Shown: positions 29,351 to 38,487, numbered from the stretch's first letter. The stretch is DNA of 64,000 nucleotides from Patescibacteria group bacterium (GCA_013815345.1 JACDGK010000001.1:102434-166433), one strand, 5' to 3'. Made by a program: numbers and translations. Notes: generated by a model from the letters alone, not told the origin.

Positions 29351-31135
29351 CTACACAGTTGTTGGTTGTTGAGCTTGAATCTGAGCTTCAGGTTGCGGCG
29401 CGTCCTGATCGAGTAATGCGTCGCCGCCGAGGGTATTTACTTCTTCGAACGGTATCTCTCCGGCTAACGCTTTAATAATAGCATCCTCGCGCATGGTTAA
29501 CATTCCTTTTGCACGCGTTGCGGCGTATATTTTCTCTTCTACCGGGTTGGTGAGCACAATATGCTCAAGCTCCTTGTCCATGCGGAGAATTTCGAAGACT
29601 GCCAGACGTCCGCGTGTGCCATTCGGACAGTCAGGCGTTGATTTTGCCTCGTAGAGACTCTCGAAAGTGGGAATTTTTGAGCGGTATTCCGTGGGTAGGT
29701 CAGCAAATTGCTTATCTAAAAGACCGTGGATGCTTTCTGAGATTGGTATGGGTGAGCCAGCACCAGGGCACAACTTGCGCACGAGACGCTGACCTATCGC
29801 CGCGATCAGCGTCGGCGCGATGAGGTAAGGATCGATACCCATGTCGACAAGGCGTGGGATAACCCCGGTCGCAGTATTGGTATGAATCGTTGAGAAAACG
29901 AGGTGACCGGTGAGCGCGGCTTGAATAGCAAGCGACGCGGTTTCATTATCGCGAATCTCTCCCACCATAATCACATCAGGGTCTTGACGCAGAATGGAAC
30001 GCAAGCCGGAAGCAAAGGTGTAGCCGATTTCGGGACGCACTTGTGACTGCGACACGCCCGGAATCTCGTATTCGATAGGATCTTCCACTGATACAACGTT
30101 TTGCGATGCACGATCAAGTTCCGAGAGCATGGAGAAAAGCGTGGTTGATTTACCCGAACCCGTCGGACCGGAAATGAGCACAATGCCATACGGCGCTTTG
30201 ACGATGTCGCGCACGGTTGCAATATCGATTTCCGAAAGACCAAGCGATTCCAGAGTAATGATGGACTTCGCACTATCGAGAATACGCATCACGATCTTCT
30301 CACCGTACTGGGTTGGAAACGTCGAGACACGAAAATCAATACGACGACTTTCAACCGTTGCTGAGAAACGTCCATCTTGCGGTTTACGTTTTTCATCGAG
30401 ACGGAGCTGCGCAAGAATTTTAATACGGGCGATAACCGCGGCATGCACTTTGGCCGGGAGCTCGAGCGACGTGTGCAAATCACCATCCATGCGAAAACGA
30501 ATCTGCACTTTCTCCGGAGTCGGTTCGATGTGAATATCCGATGCGCCACCTTCTACGGCATAGCGCAGAATGGTCGCGACAATTTTTGTGACTGGCGCGT
30601 CCGCTTTGATAACTGGTTCTTGGTTTGGCTGAGATTGGTCTTTTTTTTCTTTGTCGTCGAGAGAGAGCGGTTCGTTGAGCTCGGAAAGTGCTTCCGTCAC
30701 TTCGCCGGTGAGACTGCCGTATTCCTCAATCACTCGATCAAAATCTCCTTGGCTTATCAAAAAAAGCTTATACGGCATGCCTACCCTGCTTGAAATAAAT
30801 TGAAGTGCGTCGAGTGCTTCAATATTATCGGGATCAACAATACCGACTTCCAGAACTTTATCGACGATCGACAGAGGAACAAATTTATAATATTCAGCAG
30901 ATTCTTGCGGTATGTATTCAAGTGCCTTGCGATCAGCCGGATCTGTCGCAGAAAGTGTGCGCGAAGGAACGCCGTATTCTTCGCTTTCAGCAGAAAGTAT
31001 CGTGTCGGCACCTACTTCATGCTTCTCAAGCACTTGTTTGATCGTGCGACCGCTCGTGCGTGCCTCTTCTTCCAAAGAAGCTTTATCTTCAGATTTGACG
31101 ACGCCCTTGCTGATAAGAAGAGTAAGAAGGTCCAT
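29351..31135 (-). CDS. pilB: type IV pilus assembly ATPase (GspE/PilB family)
   Basis: 594 aa. N1/N2 domains, Walker A GPTGSGKST, tetracysteine-like region CPGAG...CPNG. Confidence 0.95.
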   Translation of the reverse strand: MDLLTLLISKGVVKSEDKASLEEEARTSGRTIKQVLEKHEVGADTILSAESEEYGVPSRTLSATDPADRKALEYIPQESAEYYKFVPLSIVDKVLEVGIVDPDNIEALDALQFISSRVGMPYKLFLISQGDFDRVIEEYGSLTGEVTEALSELNEPLSLDDKEKKDQSQPNQEPVIKADAPVTKIVATILRYAVEGGASDIHIEPTPEKVQIRFRMDGDLHTSLELPAKVHAAVIARIKILAQLRLDEKRKPQDGRFSATVESRRIDFRVSTFPTQYGEKIVMRILDSAKSIITLESLGLSEIDIATVRDIVKAPYGIVLISGPTGSGKSTTLFSMLSELDRASQNVVSVEDPIEYEIPGVSQSQVRPEIGYTFASGLRSILRQDPDVIMVGEIRDNETASLAIQAALTGHLVFSTIHTNTATGVIPRLVDMGIDPYLIAPTLIAAIGQRLVRKLCPGAGSPIPISESIHGLLDKQFADLPTEYRSKIPTFESLYEAKSTPDCPNGTRGRLAVFEILRMDKELEHIVLTNPVEEKIYAATRAKGMLTMREDAIIKALAGEIPFEEVNTLGGDALLDQDAPQPEAQIQAQQPTTV

Positions 31136-31194
31136 TTACTAAGAGTATAATACATCCTTGCGAGAGTTTTTCATCGCGCACGTGTGAGAACATA

Positions 31195-31482
31195 TTAAAT
31201 CGGTGCGAACGGATCCTTACGGCCACTTGTTTCCGGTAGTATAGCGGTATGTATATCAACGAGGGCCATAAAACGAGGATCGGTAAAAATGGTGGTATCA
31301 AAACTAATCGGCTGAAGCTGGCTCGAGAGATTGAGGAACGTAACTTCAGCGGCACTTGTCGCTCCGCCCTCTACCGTTACTGCGGCATTAGTATTGTTGT
31401 TGTTAAACAATAGCAGATACGCCGCGCCAAGGAGAACAGCGACCACGAGCACAGCGACGATGATTTTAATGCGTGAAGACAT
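31195..31482 (-). CDS. small membrane-anchored pilus-associated protein (hypothetical)
   Basis: 95 aa with an N-terminal TM helix. It lies between pilO and pilB. Confidence 0.45.
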   Translation of the reverse strand: MSSRIKIIVAVLVVAVLLGAAYLLLFNNNNTNAAVTVEGGATSAAEVTFLNLSSQLQPISFDTTIFTDPRFMALVDIHTAILPETSGRKDPFAPI

Positions 31483-31484
31483 AA

Positions 31485-32051
31485 TTAGTGTAGCCAGTAG
31501 ATACGGTAAGTAATGGCGTAGGTATAGACCCCCGTTGCGGAGTCCGTAAGGGCAAACGAGGTTATATCCATAGGACGCAAGCTCTGTTCTGACGCGGCAA
31601 GGAAGGTGCGAAATGCGGCATAGGTTCCGGTCGCCGAAACGGTGAGGTCAAGAGAATCGGTCAGACTCGTAGACTGTACGGCCGAGGCAGTATCTTTGGT
31701 TGCTGCCGCTGCTGCCGTGACCGCGCTATTATTCGCCACATTAAAGTCAGAGAGCGTTACTCCCGAGCGAGACGCAAGCGAATTTAAATCAATGATGAGT
31801 TGTATGTTATCGACGCCGTCAGGCAGATACGATTGGAGGCGGGCAAGCTGATCAGAAGGGATCTGGTTACGCTGCGCAATAAGTTCATTTTCTTTCTGCG
31901 TAAAGTCTGCAGCCGCTTTCAGTGCGCTATTGTCACTTGCGATCTTCTGTTTAATTTCAGCAATCTGTCCGTTATAGGTCGGGTTGATATAACCAAAGAA
32001 AAGACCTATCGCAAAGAGAATCGCAAGAATGGGAAGAATGCGTGCAATCAT
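31485..32051 (-). CDS. pilO: PilO-like pilus assembly protein
   Basis: N-terminal TM helix, coiled coil, position after pilN. Confidence 0.6.
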   Translation of the reverse strand: MIARILPILAILFAIGLFFGYINPTYNGQIAEIKQKIASDNSALKAAADFTQKENELIAQRNQIPSDQLARLQSYLPDGVDNIQLIIDLNSLASRSGVTLSDFNVANNSAVTAAAAATKDTASAVQSTSLTDSLDLTVSATGTYAAFRTFLAASEQSLRPMDITSFALTDSATGVYTYAITYRIYWLH

Positions 32052-32737
32052 GGCGTTGTTGAGGCGGTAGTCGTCGTTGCCTTCGTGTTCGTGTTCGGCG
32101 AGAAAGAAGGCGCTCCTCCTGCTGGTGCAGCCGGAAGAATAACCGGTGATGTTGGTGCCGTACTCTCCACGATTAGTGCAGGATTGAGCGTGGCATTCAG
32201 CGTAAAACTTACCGTTTTATCAACATTCACTTTAATACCCGAAAAAATAGCACTCTTAACATTCTTCTCAGCCGCAAATGCCGTCGACTCTGCAGCCAGC
32301 GCATTAAAAGTCTTTGCTTGGCCGGCCATGGCCATACTAGCAGATCGATCCTCAGCTACAATCACTTTCAAAGAGTCAAAACGTATGTTTTGCAGGGTGA
32401 TGCCCTCAAGCAACGTAAAAAATTGCGTAAGTTCTACGTGCTGATTTATGAGATTTGCTGAAGCAGAGAGGCGATTACGCAGGCGTACAAACTGCTCCAC
32501 CGTATCGGGACTGATTTGAGCTTGGGCTTGAGCCAGCTGACTCATTTTTGTTTTTTCTACGCCCGTAAGGTAATTCGCATATAAAAAGGTGCCGATCGCG
32601 GCAAGAATTGCGATGCCGGCAATCACCATAGAGACAATGAGGAAGATGCTATCTCCCGCCGAATAGCGTCGCCTAGGGCCCGAGGAGATCGGCTGCTTCG
32701 GAACGAATGACGTAGGAATTGAGGGAGAAAGAGCCAC
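32048..32737 (-). CDS. pilN: PilN-like pilus assembly protein
   Basis: N-terminal TM helix and a periplasmic coiled-coil domain. It overlaps pilO by 4 nt and follows pilM. Confidence 0.6.
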   Translation of the reverse strand: MALSPSIPTSFVPKQPISSGPRRRYSAGDSIFLIVSMVIAGIAILAAIGTFLYANYLTGVEKTKMSQLAQAQAQISPDTVEQFVRLRNRLSASANLINQHVELTQFFTLLEGITLQNIRFDSLKVIVAEDRSASMAMAGQAKTFNALAAESTAFAAEKNVKSAIFSGIKVNVDKTVSFTLNATLNPALIVESTAPTSPVILPAAPAGGAPSFSPNTNTKATTTTASTTP

Positions 32738-32805
32738 GAGGTAAGTATACGCTGTTAGAGAAGAAGAAAGCGGAAGATTGAGGACGGTGATGTGTATAAC
32801 GCAAC

Positions 32806-33897
32806 TTATCCTAGGTCTTCAAGCTTACGGAGCGCAAGTCCTACCGCCACTGCAAATTCCGGACCGATCTCCGCAAGCACTGGCCGCATGAAGGCGGGCG
32901 CTTGCGTACGAGCAAAGGGATCAGCAACATGAATGTCTGCAGCAAAAAAACCTTTCGCGTACGTCGCAAGTTCTTTCGTGACACCTCCTCCTCCGGTGAG
33001 CACGATCGCTGATATAGGTGTGCGTGCCCCTACTTCATATTGCGTAAAGACTCGTTTGGATTCTTCGAATATATGCGAGAAGACTGATTCGATACTTTCG
33101 CGCGCATAGGGAGGGGCGAGCTGGGTTGAAAATCCATGTTCTTTTTTAAGTGTCTCTGCTTTTGCTATCGAGAATCCTTGGGAACTGGAAATGTTGCGCG
33201 TGACGTCCTGGCCGCCGCGCGGGATGTTATGTGAAAATGCGACCACGCCGTGTTCGACCACATACACCTTGGTCGCGGATGCACCAATATCGAGCACCAT
33301 GACCGGCTTCACTATTTCGTCTACGACCGAGCGTATCGTGCTGAAAATTTCAATTTCATAAAAACTGCTTTCGAGAGAAGCTCCTTGCACGACATTTTGT
33401 AGAAGCTTGAGCTCGTCGTTATGAACCGCGACGATAAGCACTTTCACCTTTGGAGAGAGTTCTTTACCTTCAGAAATAGGATCCGGAATAATGAACCAAT
33501 CGAGCTGCACCTCGGACACTGGCACTGGTATATATTTCCGTGCTTCGAGTTCGACGATGGTCTTTTGTTCTTCGGGAGTTTTGGCGCGAGGAAGTTCGAC
33601 CAGCGTGAGAAGTGAGCGTGAAAAAGGAATGGAGACGCCCACATCGATCGTAGTGACATTCGCCTCTCGCAAAAGATCACGGAGATTTTCTGCAATTTTG
33701 TCGGCTGGGAGATTTGTCGCTTGCCCTGCTTCGCCGCCTGCGTAGGGACCAAGTGCAAGTTCCCCGTATGTTTCAAGAACGGCAGTACCGCCTTGTCGAC
33801 GCAGCTGCACTACTTTGAGTGAGGAGGAGCCGATGTCCAAACCCATGACGCTGCTATTTTTCTTTTTAACTTTAAAAAGATTTGATAAAAAACTCAT
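32806..33897 (-). CDS. pilM: type IV pilus assembly actin-like ATPase
   Basis: Actin/FtsA-like fold motifs GLDIGSSSLKVV and DIGASATKV. Confidence 0.85.
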   Translation of the reverse strand: MSFLSNLFKVKKKNSSVMGLDIGSSSLKVVQLRRQGGTAVLETYGELALGPYAGGEAGQATNLPADKIAENLRDLLREANVTTIDVGVSIPFSRSLLTLVELPRAKTPEEQKTIVELEARKYIPVPVSEVQLDWFIIPDPISEGKELSPKVKVLIVAVHNDELKLLQNVVQGASLESSFYEIEIFSTIRSVVDEIVKPVMVLDIGASATKVYVVEHGVVAFSHNIPRGGQDVTRNISSSQGFSIAKAETLKKEHGFSTQLAPPYARESIESVFSHIFEESKRVFTQYEVGARTPISAIVLTGGGGVTKELATYAKGFFAADIHVADPFARTQAPAFMRPVLAEIGPEFAVAVGLALRKLEDLG

Positions 33898-34579
33898 GCG
33901 TCGATTGTATCATGCGCGGATGTCGTTTTTTACTCACCTTATCGACCTTATTTTTCCTCCACGAGCGAGCACAGTGCTTGTACGAAGCGCGACATTTCCA
34001 TTACTTTCCGCCCTTCTTGCCCCGAAAATCGTAATGGTTGAAAACGTCTCCGTTGTCGCTCTGCTCCCCTATCGAACGCCACTCGTGCAGGCGCTGATAG
34101 TCGCAGCGAAATATGAAAATGACCGAAAAGCGCAGGAGTTGCTCGGAGAGGTACTCGCTACCTATATAAAGGAACGTATAAAGAAATGGGGGTCGATAGT
34201 CATCGTGCCACTGCCTCTTGGGAAAGCGCGCCGAAAGGCGCGCGGCTATAACCAAGTCGAAGAAATAGCAAAGTGTACAGCACGACACATAGGAGCGGGC
34301 ACAAAGAACCTCGTACAATCGGACCTTCTCGTACGAGTGCACGAAACCGTCCCTCAGACGTCACTCGGAAGGATGGCTCGAAAAGAGAACATGCGGCACG
34401 CTTTTGCCGTTCCGGCAAGAATAGGAGAAAAAGCACATGGCTCGGGAAGCATGGATTCCTCCCTCACCTACCTTCTTTTAGATGACGTTCTCACCACAGG
34501 CGCGACCCTTGCAGCAGCTCATGCAGCTCTCCTTAAAGCCGGTGCCAAACACGTCATTGTCCTCGCATTGGCGCATTAG
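33896..34579 (+). CDS. comFC: ComF-family phosphoribosyltransferase-domain protein (ComFC)
   Basis: C-terminal PRT motif LLLDDVLTTGATL. The real start is probably the internal Met at 33896 or 33920, not the track start at 33815, which would overlap pilM. Confidence 0.75.
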   Translation: MRRLYHARMSFFTHLIDLIFPPRASTVLVRSATFPLLSALLAPKIVMVENVSVVALLPYRTPLVQALIVAAKYENDRKAQELLGEVLATYIKERIKKWGSIVIVPLPLGKARRKARGYNQVEEIAKCTARHIGAGTKNLVQSDLLVRVHETVPQTSLGRMARKENMRHAFAVPARIGEKAHGSGSMDSSLTYLLLDDVLTTGATLAAAHAALLKAGAKHVIVLALAH

Positions 34580-34605
34580 GTTTAAAGTGATAATTTGTAT
34601 GGATT

Positions 34606-34692
34606 GGAGACGTGGCTGAGTGGTCGAAAGTACCTCACTGCTAACGAGGCAGGGGTTAACGCCCCTCGAGGGTTCGAATCCCTCCGTCTCCG
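34606..34692 (+). tRNA. tRNA-Ser (anticodon GCU)
   Basis: GGAGACG acceptor, D-arm, anticodon loop CUGCUAA, a long variable arm CAGGGGTTAACGCCCCTC, T-arm GAGGG-TTCGAAT-CCCTC, acceptor CGTCTCC, discriminator G. Confidence 0.9.
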
Positions 34693-36209
34693 CAGATAGA
34701 AACTTCGAGTTCGGACAGAGCCGTGCCGCAAAGCGGCGTGGCAGAATGGGCGGACAGAAAATCCCGCCGCGTAGCGGCGAATTGGCTCGGCGTGGGGAAT
34801 CCGAAATGCGGGGATTTGTCACGAACCGAAGGGTTCGTTCCGATTTTTTGCACGAATGATTTGATTTGGTACAAATCATCCGATTGAGACAAAAAATCGG
34901 CTTGTTTCATATCCAAAATCCATTCCCGCAGGGGTTCGACCCGATTCTTTCTCCCGCGTTCAAAATCTTTCTTTTTCTCTTGCAAAGCGGCGAGAGAGCG
35001 CATGAGCACGTCCTTGCGCTTCAAGTACATCTCTTTCGGTATATCGCCATCTAGGTACGCAGATACCAGCTTTTCCATGCGCTCCTCGCTCGCTTTGATA
35101 TTGTCGGAAAGATTTTGAACCTCGCTTTGCGACACCTCAACTTCCTCGCGCTCCCATTCTTTCACTTTCGCCAACATCCAATCCGTATAGCGATCGCAAA
35201 GCGAGATTGTTTGAAGCCGTGCCTTTATTTTGTCGGCAAGGTCGGCCTCGCGGACATACGGTTGCGAGCAGCGGCCGCGTTTCTTGGAACACCGATAGTA
35301 GCGATACTTCGTACCCCAGCGATTGACCGCCCACTGCGCGGAAATCATGCCGCCGCACTCGCCACAGCGGAATAGCCCGACAAGCGGAAAATCATGCTTC
35401 ACCTTGCGCGTGCGCGGCCGCTCCTTGCCCGCCACGACCTTCTGCACGGCTTCAAACAATGCGGGAGTTAGAATCGGCTCAAAGTTTCCATCAAACCATT
35501 CCTGACCGTGCTTCACGAATCCGATATACACGCGATGCGTCAAAAGCCGTTTGATGGAAACTTTGGCAAGTGGCGTTCCGTTTGAAGTCATCACATTCAA
35601 GTCCGCCAAAAATTGCGACAACGAAACGAGAGTATGCGACCCTTTGGCGTATTCTTCGTACGCGAGGCGCACGATACGCGCGTTCGTCGGATGCGGTTCA
35701 ATATTGCGAATACGCGGGTTATTTTGATAGCCAAAGGGTGCGCGATTGAGCCACTCGCCCCGACGCAATTTTTGGCGGACGCCGCGCTTGATATTTTCGG
35801 ACAGATTGTCGCTGTAATATTTAGATTGCCCGAACGCCACTTGCAACATAAATAGTCCCTGCGGGGTCGGTTCAAACCAAAATGTCGGGAAGCGCAAAGA
35901 CACCACCTTACGCGTGTCTACGGCGTATATGATGCGCCCGCCGTCAATGCTGTTGCGAGCCAATCTATCGGGATGCCACGCCAATATGCCCACGCCGTCC
36001 ATTGATTCAATGCGGGCCATCATTTCGCCGTACACCTCGCGCCCCGGTGTCTTTGCGCTTTTCGACTCTTGAAATTCCTCAAGAATTTCAAGATTTTCTT
36101 TACGCGCGATCTCCCGCAACTCAAACAGCTGCGCCTCGATGGACATGACTTGCCGGTCATCGTCCTCAGTGCTCTTACGCGCGTATAGAAAATATTTTGG
36201 CTTGTTCAT
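34656..36209 (-). CDS. large serine recombinase (resolvase/invertase catalytic domain, recombinase domain, zinc ribbon)
   Basis: N-terminal catalytic block YARKSTEDD...SIEAQ (Ser nucleophile), recombinase domain, Cys cluster CGECGG...C. The probable start is the Met at 36209, since the track's extra 33 N-terminal codons lie in the right IR. The frame runs through the left IR and stops only inside the antisense of the tRNA. Confidence 0.85.
   Translation of the reverse strand: MNKPKYFLYARKSTEDDDRQVMSIEAQLFELREIARKENLEILEEFQESKSAKTPGREVYGEMMARIESMDGVGILAWHPDRLARNSIDGGRIIYAVDTRKVVSLRFPTFWFEPTPQGLFMLQVAFGQSKYYSDNLSENIKRGVRQKLRRGEWLNRAPFGYQNNPRIRNIEPHPTNARIVRLAYEEYAKGSHTLVSLSQFLADLNVMTSNGTPLAKVSIKRLLTHRVYIGFVKHGQEWFDGNFEPILTPALFEAVQKVVAGKERPRTRKVKHDFPLVGLFRCGECGGMISAQWAVNRWGTKYRYYRCSKKRGRCSQPYVREADLADKIKARLQTISLCDRYTDWMLAKVKEWEREEVEVSQSEVQNLSDNIKASEERMEKLVSAYLDGDIPKEMYLKRKDVLMRSLAALQEKKKDFERGRKNRVEPLREWILDMKQADFLSQSDDLYQIKSFVQKIGTNPSVRDKSPHFGFPTPSQFAATRRDFLSAHSATPLCGTALSELEVSICGDGGIRTLEGR
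34689..34819. repeat. left 131-bp terminal inverted repeat (begins with CCGCA of the tRNA-Ser 3' end)
   Basis: Direct alignment with the reverse complement of 36234-36364. Confidence 0.85.
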
Positions 36210-36233
36210 ATTAGTTTTTGGATTGAAACAAGA

Positions 36234-36364
36234 GACAAATCCCCGCATTTCGGATTCCCCACGCCGAGCCAATTCGCCGCTTCGCGGCGGCATTTCCTGC
36301 CCGCCCATTCTGCCACGCCGCTTTGCGGCGCGGCTCTGTCCGAACTCGAAGTTTCTATCTGCGG
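36234..36364. repeat. right 131-bp terminal inverted repeat
   Basis: Reverse complement of 34689-34819. It produces mirrored spurious ORFs (36139..36375+ and 34478..34879-). Confidence 0.85.
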
Positions 36365-36587
36365 TGACATATTAGCCTTTGCTCGAACTCACTTCGCACG
36401 CGCCACGTGCGTGGTGGCTTGAGATTGAAGCGTACGCTCCGATCGCGTGGCGACTCTCTGAATCTCGCCACGCGCGGAGTACCGCGCGTCCGCCCTCTCT
36501 TTTGCCGTTTCCCCATTCTTATTTTTTTGCGGGGGGGGATTGAATTTGGAATGGACGGCAGAAACGAGAGATTGGGCTTAAATCTAA

Positions 36588-36629
36588 TAATCCCATTTTG
36601 GGATTATACCATAAAAGGATATATCCTTT
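36588..36629 (+). promoter_or_regulatory. two perfect palindromes upstream of the C-protein gene (candidate C-boxes/operators)
   Basis: TAATCCCATTTTGGGATTA and AAGGATATATCCTT lie immediately upstream of the XRE gene start at 36636. Confidence 0.4.
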
Positions 36630-36635
36630 ATCCAC

Positions 36636-36857
36636 ATGAGCAAGTCCGTTTTCTCGAAAGACTATAAAGAAATCATAGAACGCTTGAAAACGGCGCGTAT
36701 TGAGGCTGGACTTGCACAGCAGGCGGTTGCGGACAAACTCGGTAAACCCCAATCTTTTATCTCAAAAATTGAATCCGGCGAAAGACGGCTTGATGTGGCG
36801 GAGATCAAAAAGTTTTCCGTAATCTACAAAAAAGATGTTTCCTTTTTCATAAAGTGA
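36636..36857 (+). CDS. XRE-family HTH regulator (restriction-modification controller-protein-like)
   Basis: 73 aa. HTH QQAVADKLGKPQSFISKIESGER. It directly precedes the nuclease gene. Confidence 0.75.
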   Translation: MSKSVFSKDYKEIIERLKTARIEAGLAQQAVADKLGKPQSFISKIESGERRLDVAEIKKFSVIYKKDVSFFIK

Positions 36858-36858
36858 T

Positions 36859-37473
36859 ATGGCTAAGAAGGTAACCAATCATCCAAAAACAAGCAAAGGA
36901 GTAGTTTGGCAAAAACTTCTCGACGCTCTTTATGCTGATATCGGCAATGTCGTTTCGAACCAGAAACTTATAAAAGTTTCTGGACAACACAACTATGCTC
37001 GTCGTGTAAGAGAATTACGAGCAGAGGGTTGGGATATTGTTTATAGCGCAAGCCCAACTGGATATATTTTGCGTTCAACTAATAAAACCGCCAAAAACGC
37101 TGATGTTTATATCAATTTTAAATTAAGACAAAAGATTTTAGAAAGGGATCAATATATTTGTCAGCTCTGTGGACATAGGGCGAATGAAAAATACGCTGAT
37201 GGTGAATCAGTAAAGCTTGAAGTTGACCACATCCTTCCTCTCAAACAAGGCGGGAAAACTGTTGAGGAAAACCTTTGGACTTTATGTACTCGTTGTAATG
37301 CTGGGAAGAAATCACTTTTGGATTATCCCGAAACGGTTAAAAATAGGATAATCTCGGTTAATCTTCCAGATGATATAAGAGGAAAACTAAGCGAGTTGTC
37401 TCTCAAGAGGGGTGAGACCATCAACAGCCTCATTTTGGACGCTATACGCAGAGGGATTAAGAAATTGAAATAA
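36859..37473 (+). CDS. HNH-family restriction endonuclease
   Basis: HNH motif CQLCGH...EVDHILP...GG...N...LCTRCN. Starts 2 nt after the C-protein stop. Confidence 0.8.
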   Translation: MAKKVTNHPKTSKGVVWQKLLDALYADIGNVVSNQKLIKVSGQHNYARRVRELRAEGWDIVYSASPTGYILRSTNKTAKNADVYINFKLRQKILERDQYICQLCGHRANEKYADGESVKLEVDHILPLKQGGKTVEENLWTLCTRCNAGKKSLLDYPETVKNRIISVNLPDDIRGKLSELSLKRGETINSLILDAIRRGIKKLK

Positions 37474-38487
37474 TTCTTTTCCTACAGCAAGGGCCAAACG
37501 GCACGGCACGGCGTTACCGATTTGTTTGGCGACTTGGACATTTGAACCCACGAAAACATAATCATCGGGAAATGTTTGTAATCGTGCCGCCTCTCGAATT
37601 GTTATAGGTCTGTGCGCTTCAGGATGCAGATAACAACCTTTCTCCGGTTTAAAAAATTCGGTTCTGATAGTGAGAGATGGTTTATCCCATTCCAATCTAC
37701 CGAAGACATCCGTGGAGCCAGTCTTTTTCCGCTTCCAACAGTCAGGTGTCAATTCCAAAGGCAAATCAAATCTATTGCCTCCAGCCGGAATTGATTTGTA
37801 TCTCTTTAAAGACGTGGGGGTAGGGTTTCTTCCAATGTGCCAATCTTTTCCGGTTGGTTCTAATGGCAAGTCTGCGATCGCATCTTTGACGGTAGCCCAA
37901 GTCTGTAGATGGGCGTTTAAAAGATTAAAATTATCAGCAGAAGTATGTGTTGGTTGAGGGTGATTAGGTATTCCAATCCTACTGCCAAAGATGATGGCCC
38001 GCTTTCGTTTTTGTGGAACTCCGTATTCGACGGCATGTAAGACTTTTTCTCTTACTTCGTATCCTAAATCCTCCGCCATTTTCTTTATGCTGGGGAATTC
38101 ATCACTTGTCAGGAGTTGGGGGACATTTTCCATCAAAAACACCTTCGGTTTAAAGAAAGCAACGAAGCGCATATATTCTCGCCACATTTGATTACGAGGG
38201 TCGTCCTTTTTTTGTTTGCCCAACCGACTGAAACCCTGACATGGCGGCCCCCCTACAATTAAATCAACTGTCCTAGTTCCAATTCGTTTTGAAAACTCTT
38301 CTAAATCCACGGATGTAATATCTCCTTCATGCACAAGCATGTCTTTATGGTTTGCGCGTAAGGTTTCGCAGCTCCAATGATCCCAATCAGTTGCAGCAAG
38401 GGGTTTAAATCCGGCTTGCTGAATTCCGATAGACAAGCCGCCAGCTCCAGCAAACAAGTCAATGAAAGTTGGTTTTTTGTTGCTCAT
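37387..38487 (-). CDS. DNA (cytosine-5)-methyltransferase
   Basis: Motif I FIDLFAGAGG, motif IV GGPPCQGFS, motif VI ENV, motif VIII QKRKRAII. Convergent with the nuclease gene, with an 87-nt 3' overlap. Confidence 0.9.
   Translation of the reverse strand: MSNKKPTFIDLFAGAGGLSIGIQQAGFKPLAATDWDHWSCETLRANHKDMLVHEGDITSVDLEEFSKRIGTRTVDLIVGGPPCQGFSRLGKQKKDDPRNQMWREYMRFVAFFKPKVFLMENVPQLLTSDEFPSIKKMAEDLGYEVREKVLHAVEYGVPQKRKRAIIFGSRIGIPNHPQPTHTSADNFNLLNAHLQTWATVKDAIADLPLEPTGKDWHIGRNPTPTSLKRYKSIPAGGNRFDLPLELTPDCWKRKKTGSTDVFGRLEWDKPSLTIRTEFFKPEKGCYLHPEAHRPITIREAARLQTFPDDYVFVGSNVQVAKQIGNAVPCRLALAVGKELFQFLNPSAYSVQNEAVDGLTPLERQLA

Larger units (their letters stand above)
34689..36364 (-). mobile_element. 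recombinase-only cassette bounded by 131-bp imperfect inverted repeats, abutting the tRNA-Ser 3' end
   Basis: 34689-34819 is the reverse complement of 36234-36364 with about 6 mismatches. The only gene inside is a large serine recombinase. Confidence 0.6.

Noticed and set aside
31800-32444. 214-aa plus-strand ORF
   Set aside because: It is antisense across pilO and pilN.
33815-33895. Upstream extension of the comFC ORF
   Set aside because: It would overlap the pilM start on the opposite strand and encodes a hydrophobic non-homologous leader. An internal Met was chosen instead.
36139-36375. 78-aa plus-strand ORF sharing a peptide (TNPRISDSPRRANSPLRGGI...) with the minus-strand ORF at 34478..34879
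   Set aside because: Both are artefacts of the 131-bp inverted repeats. The same DNA read in mirrored frames gives the same peptide. They are not genes.
36365-36540. GC-rich palindromic stretch (GCACGCGCCACGTGCGTGGTGGC and GCGTGGCGA...TCGCCACGCGC) read as a possible small RNA gene
   Set aside because: I found no tRNA-like or known ncRNA motif. It is more simply junction DNA between the recombinase cassette and the restriction-modification module, perhaps former att or operator sequence. It is mentioned under the restriction-modification finding but not annotated as a gene.
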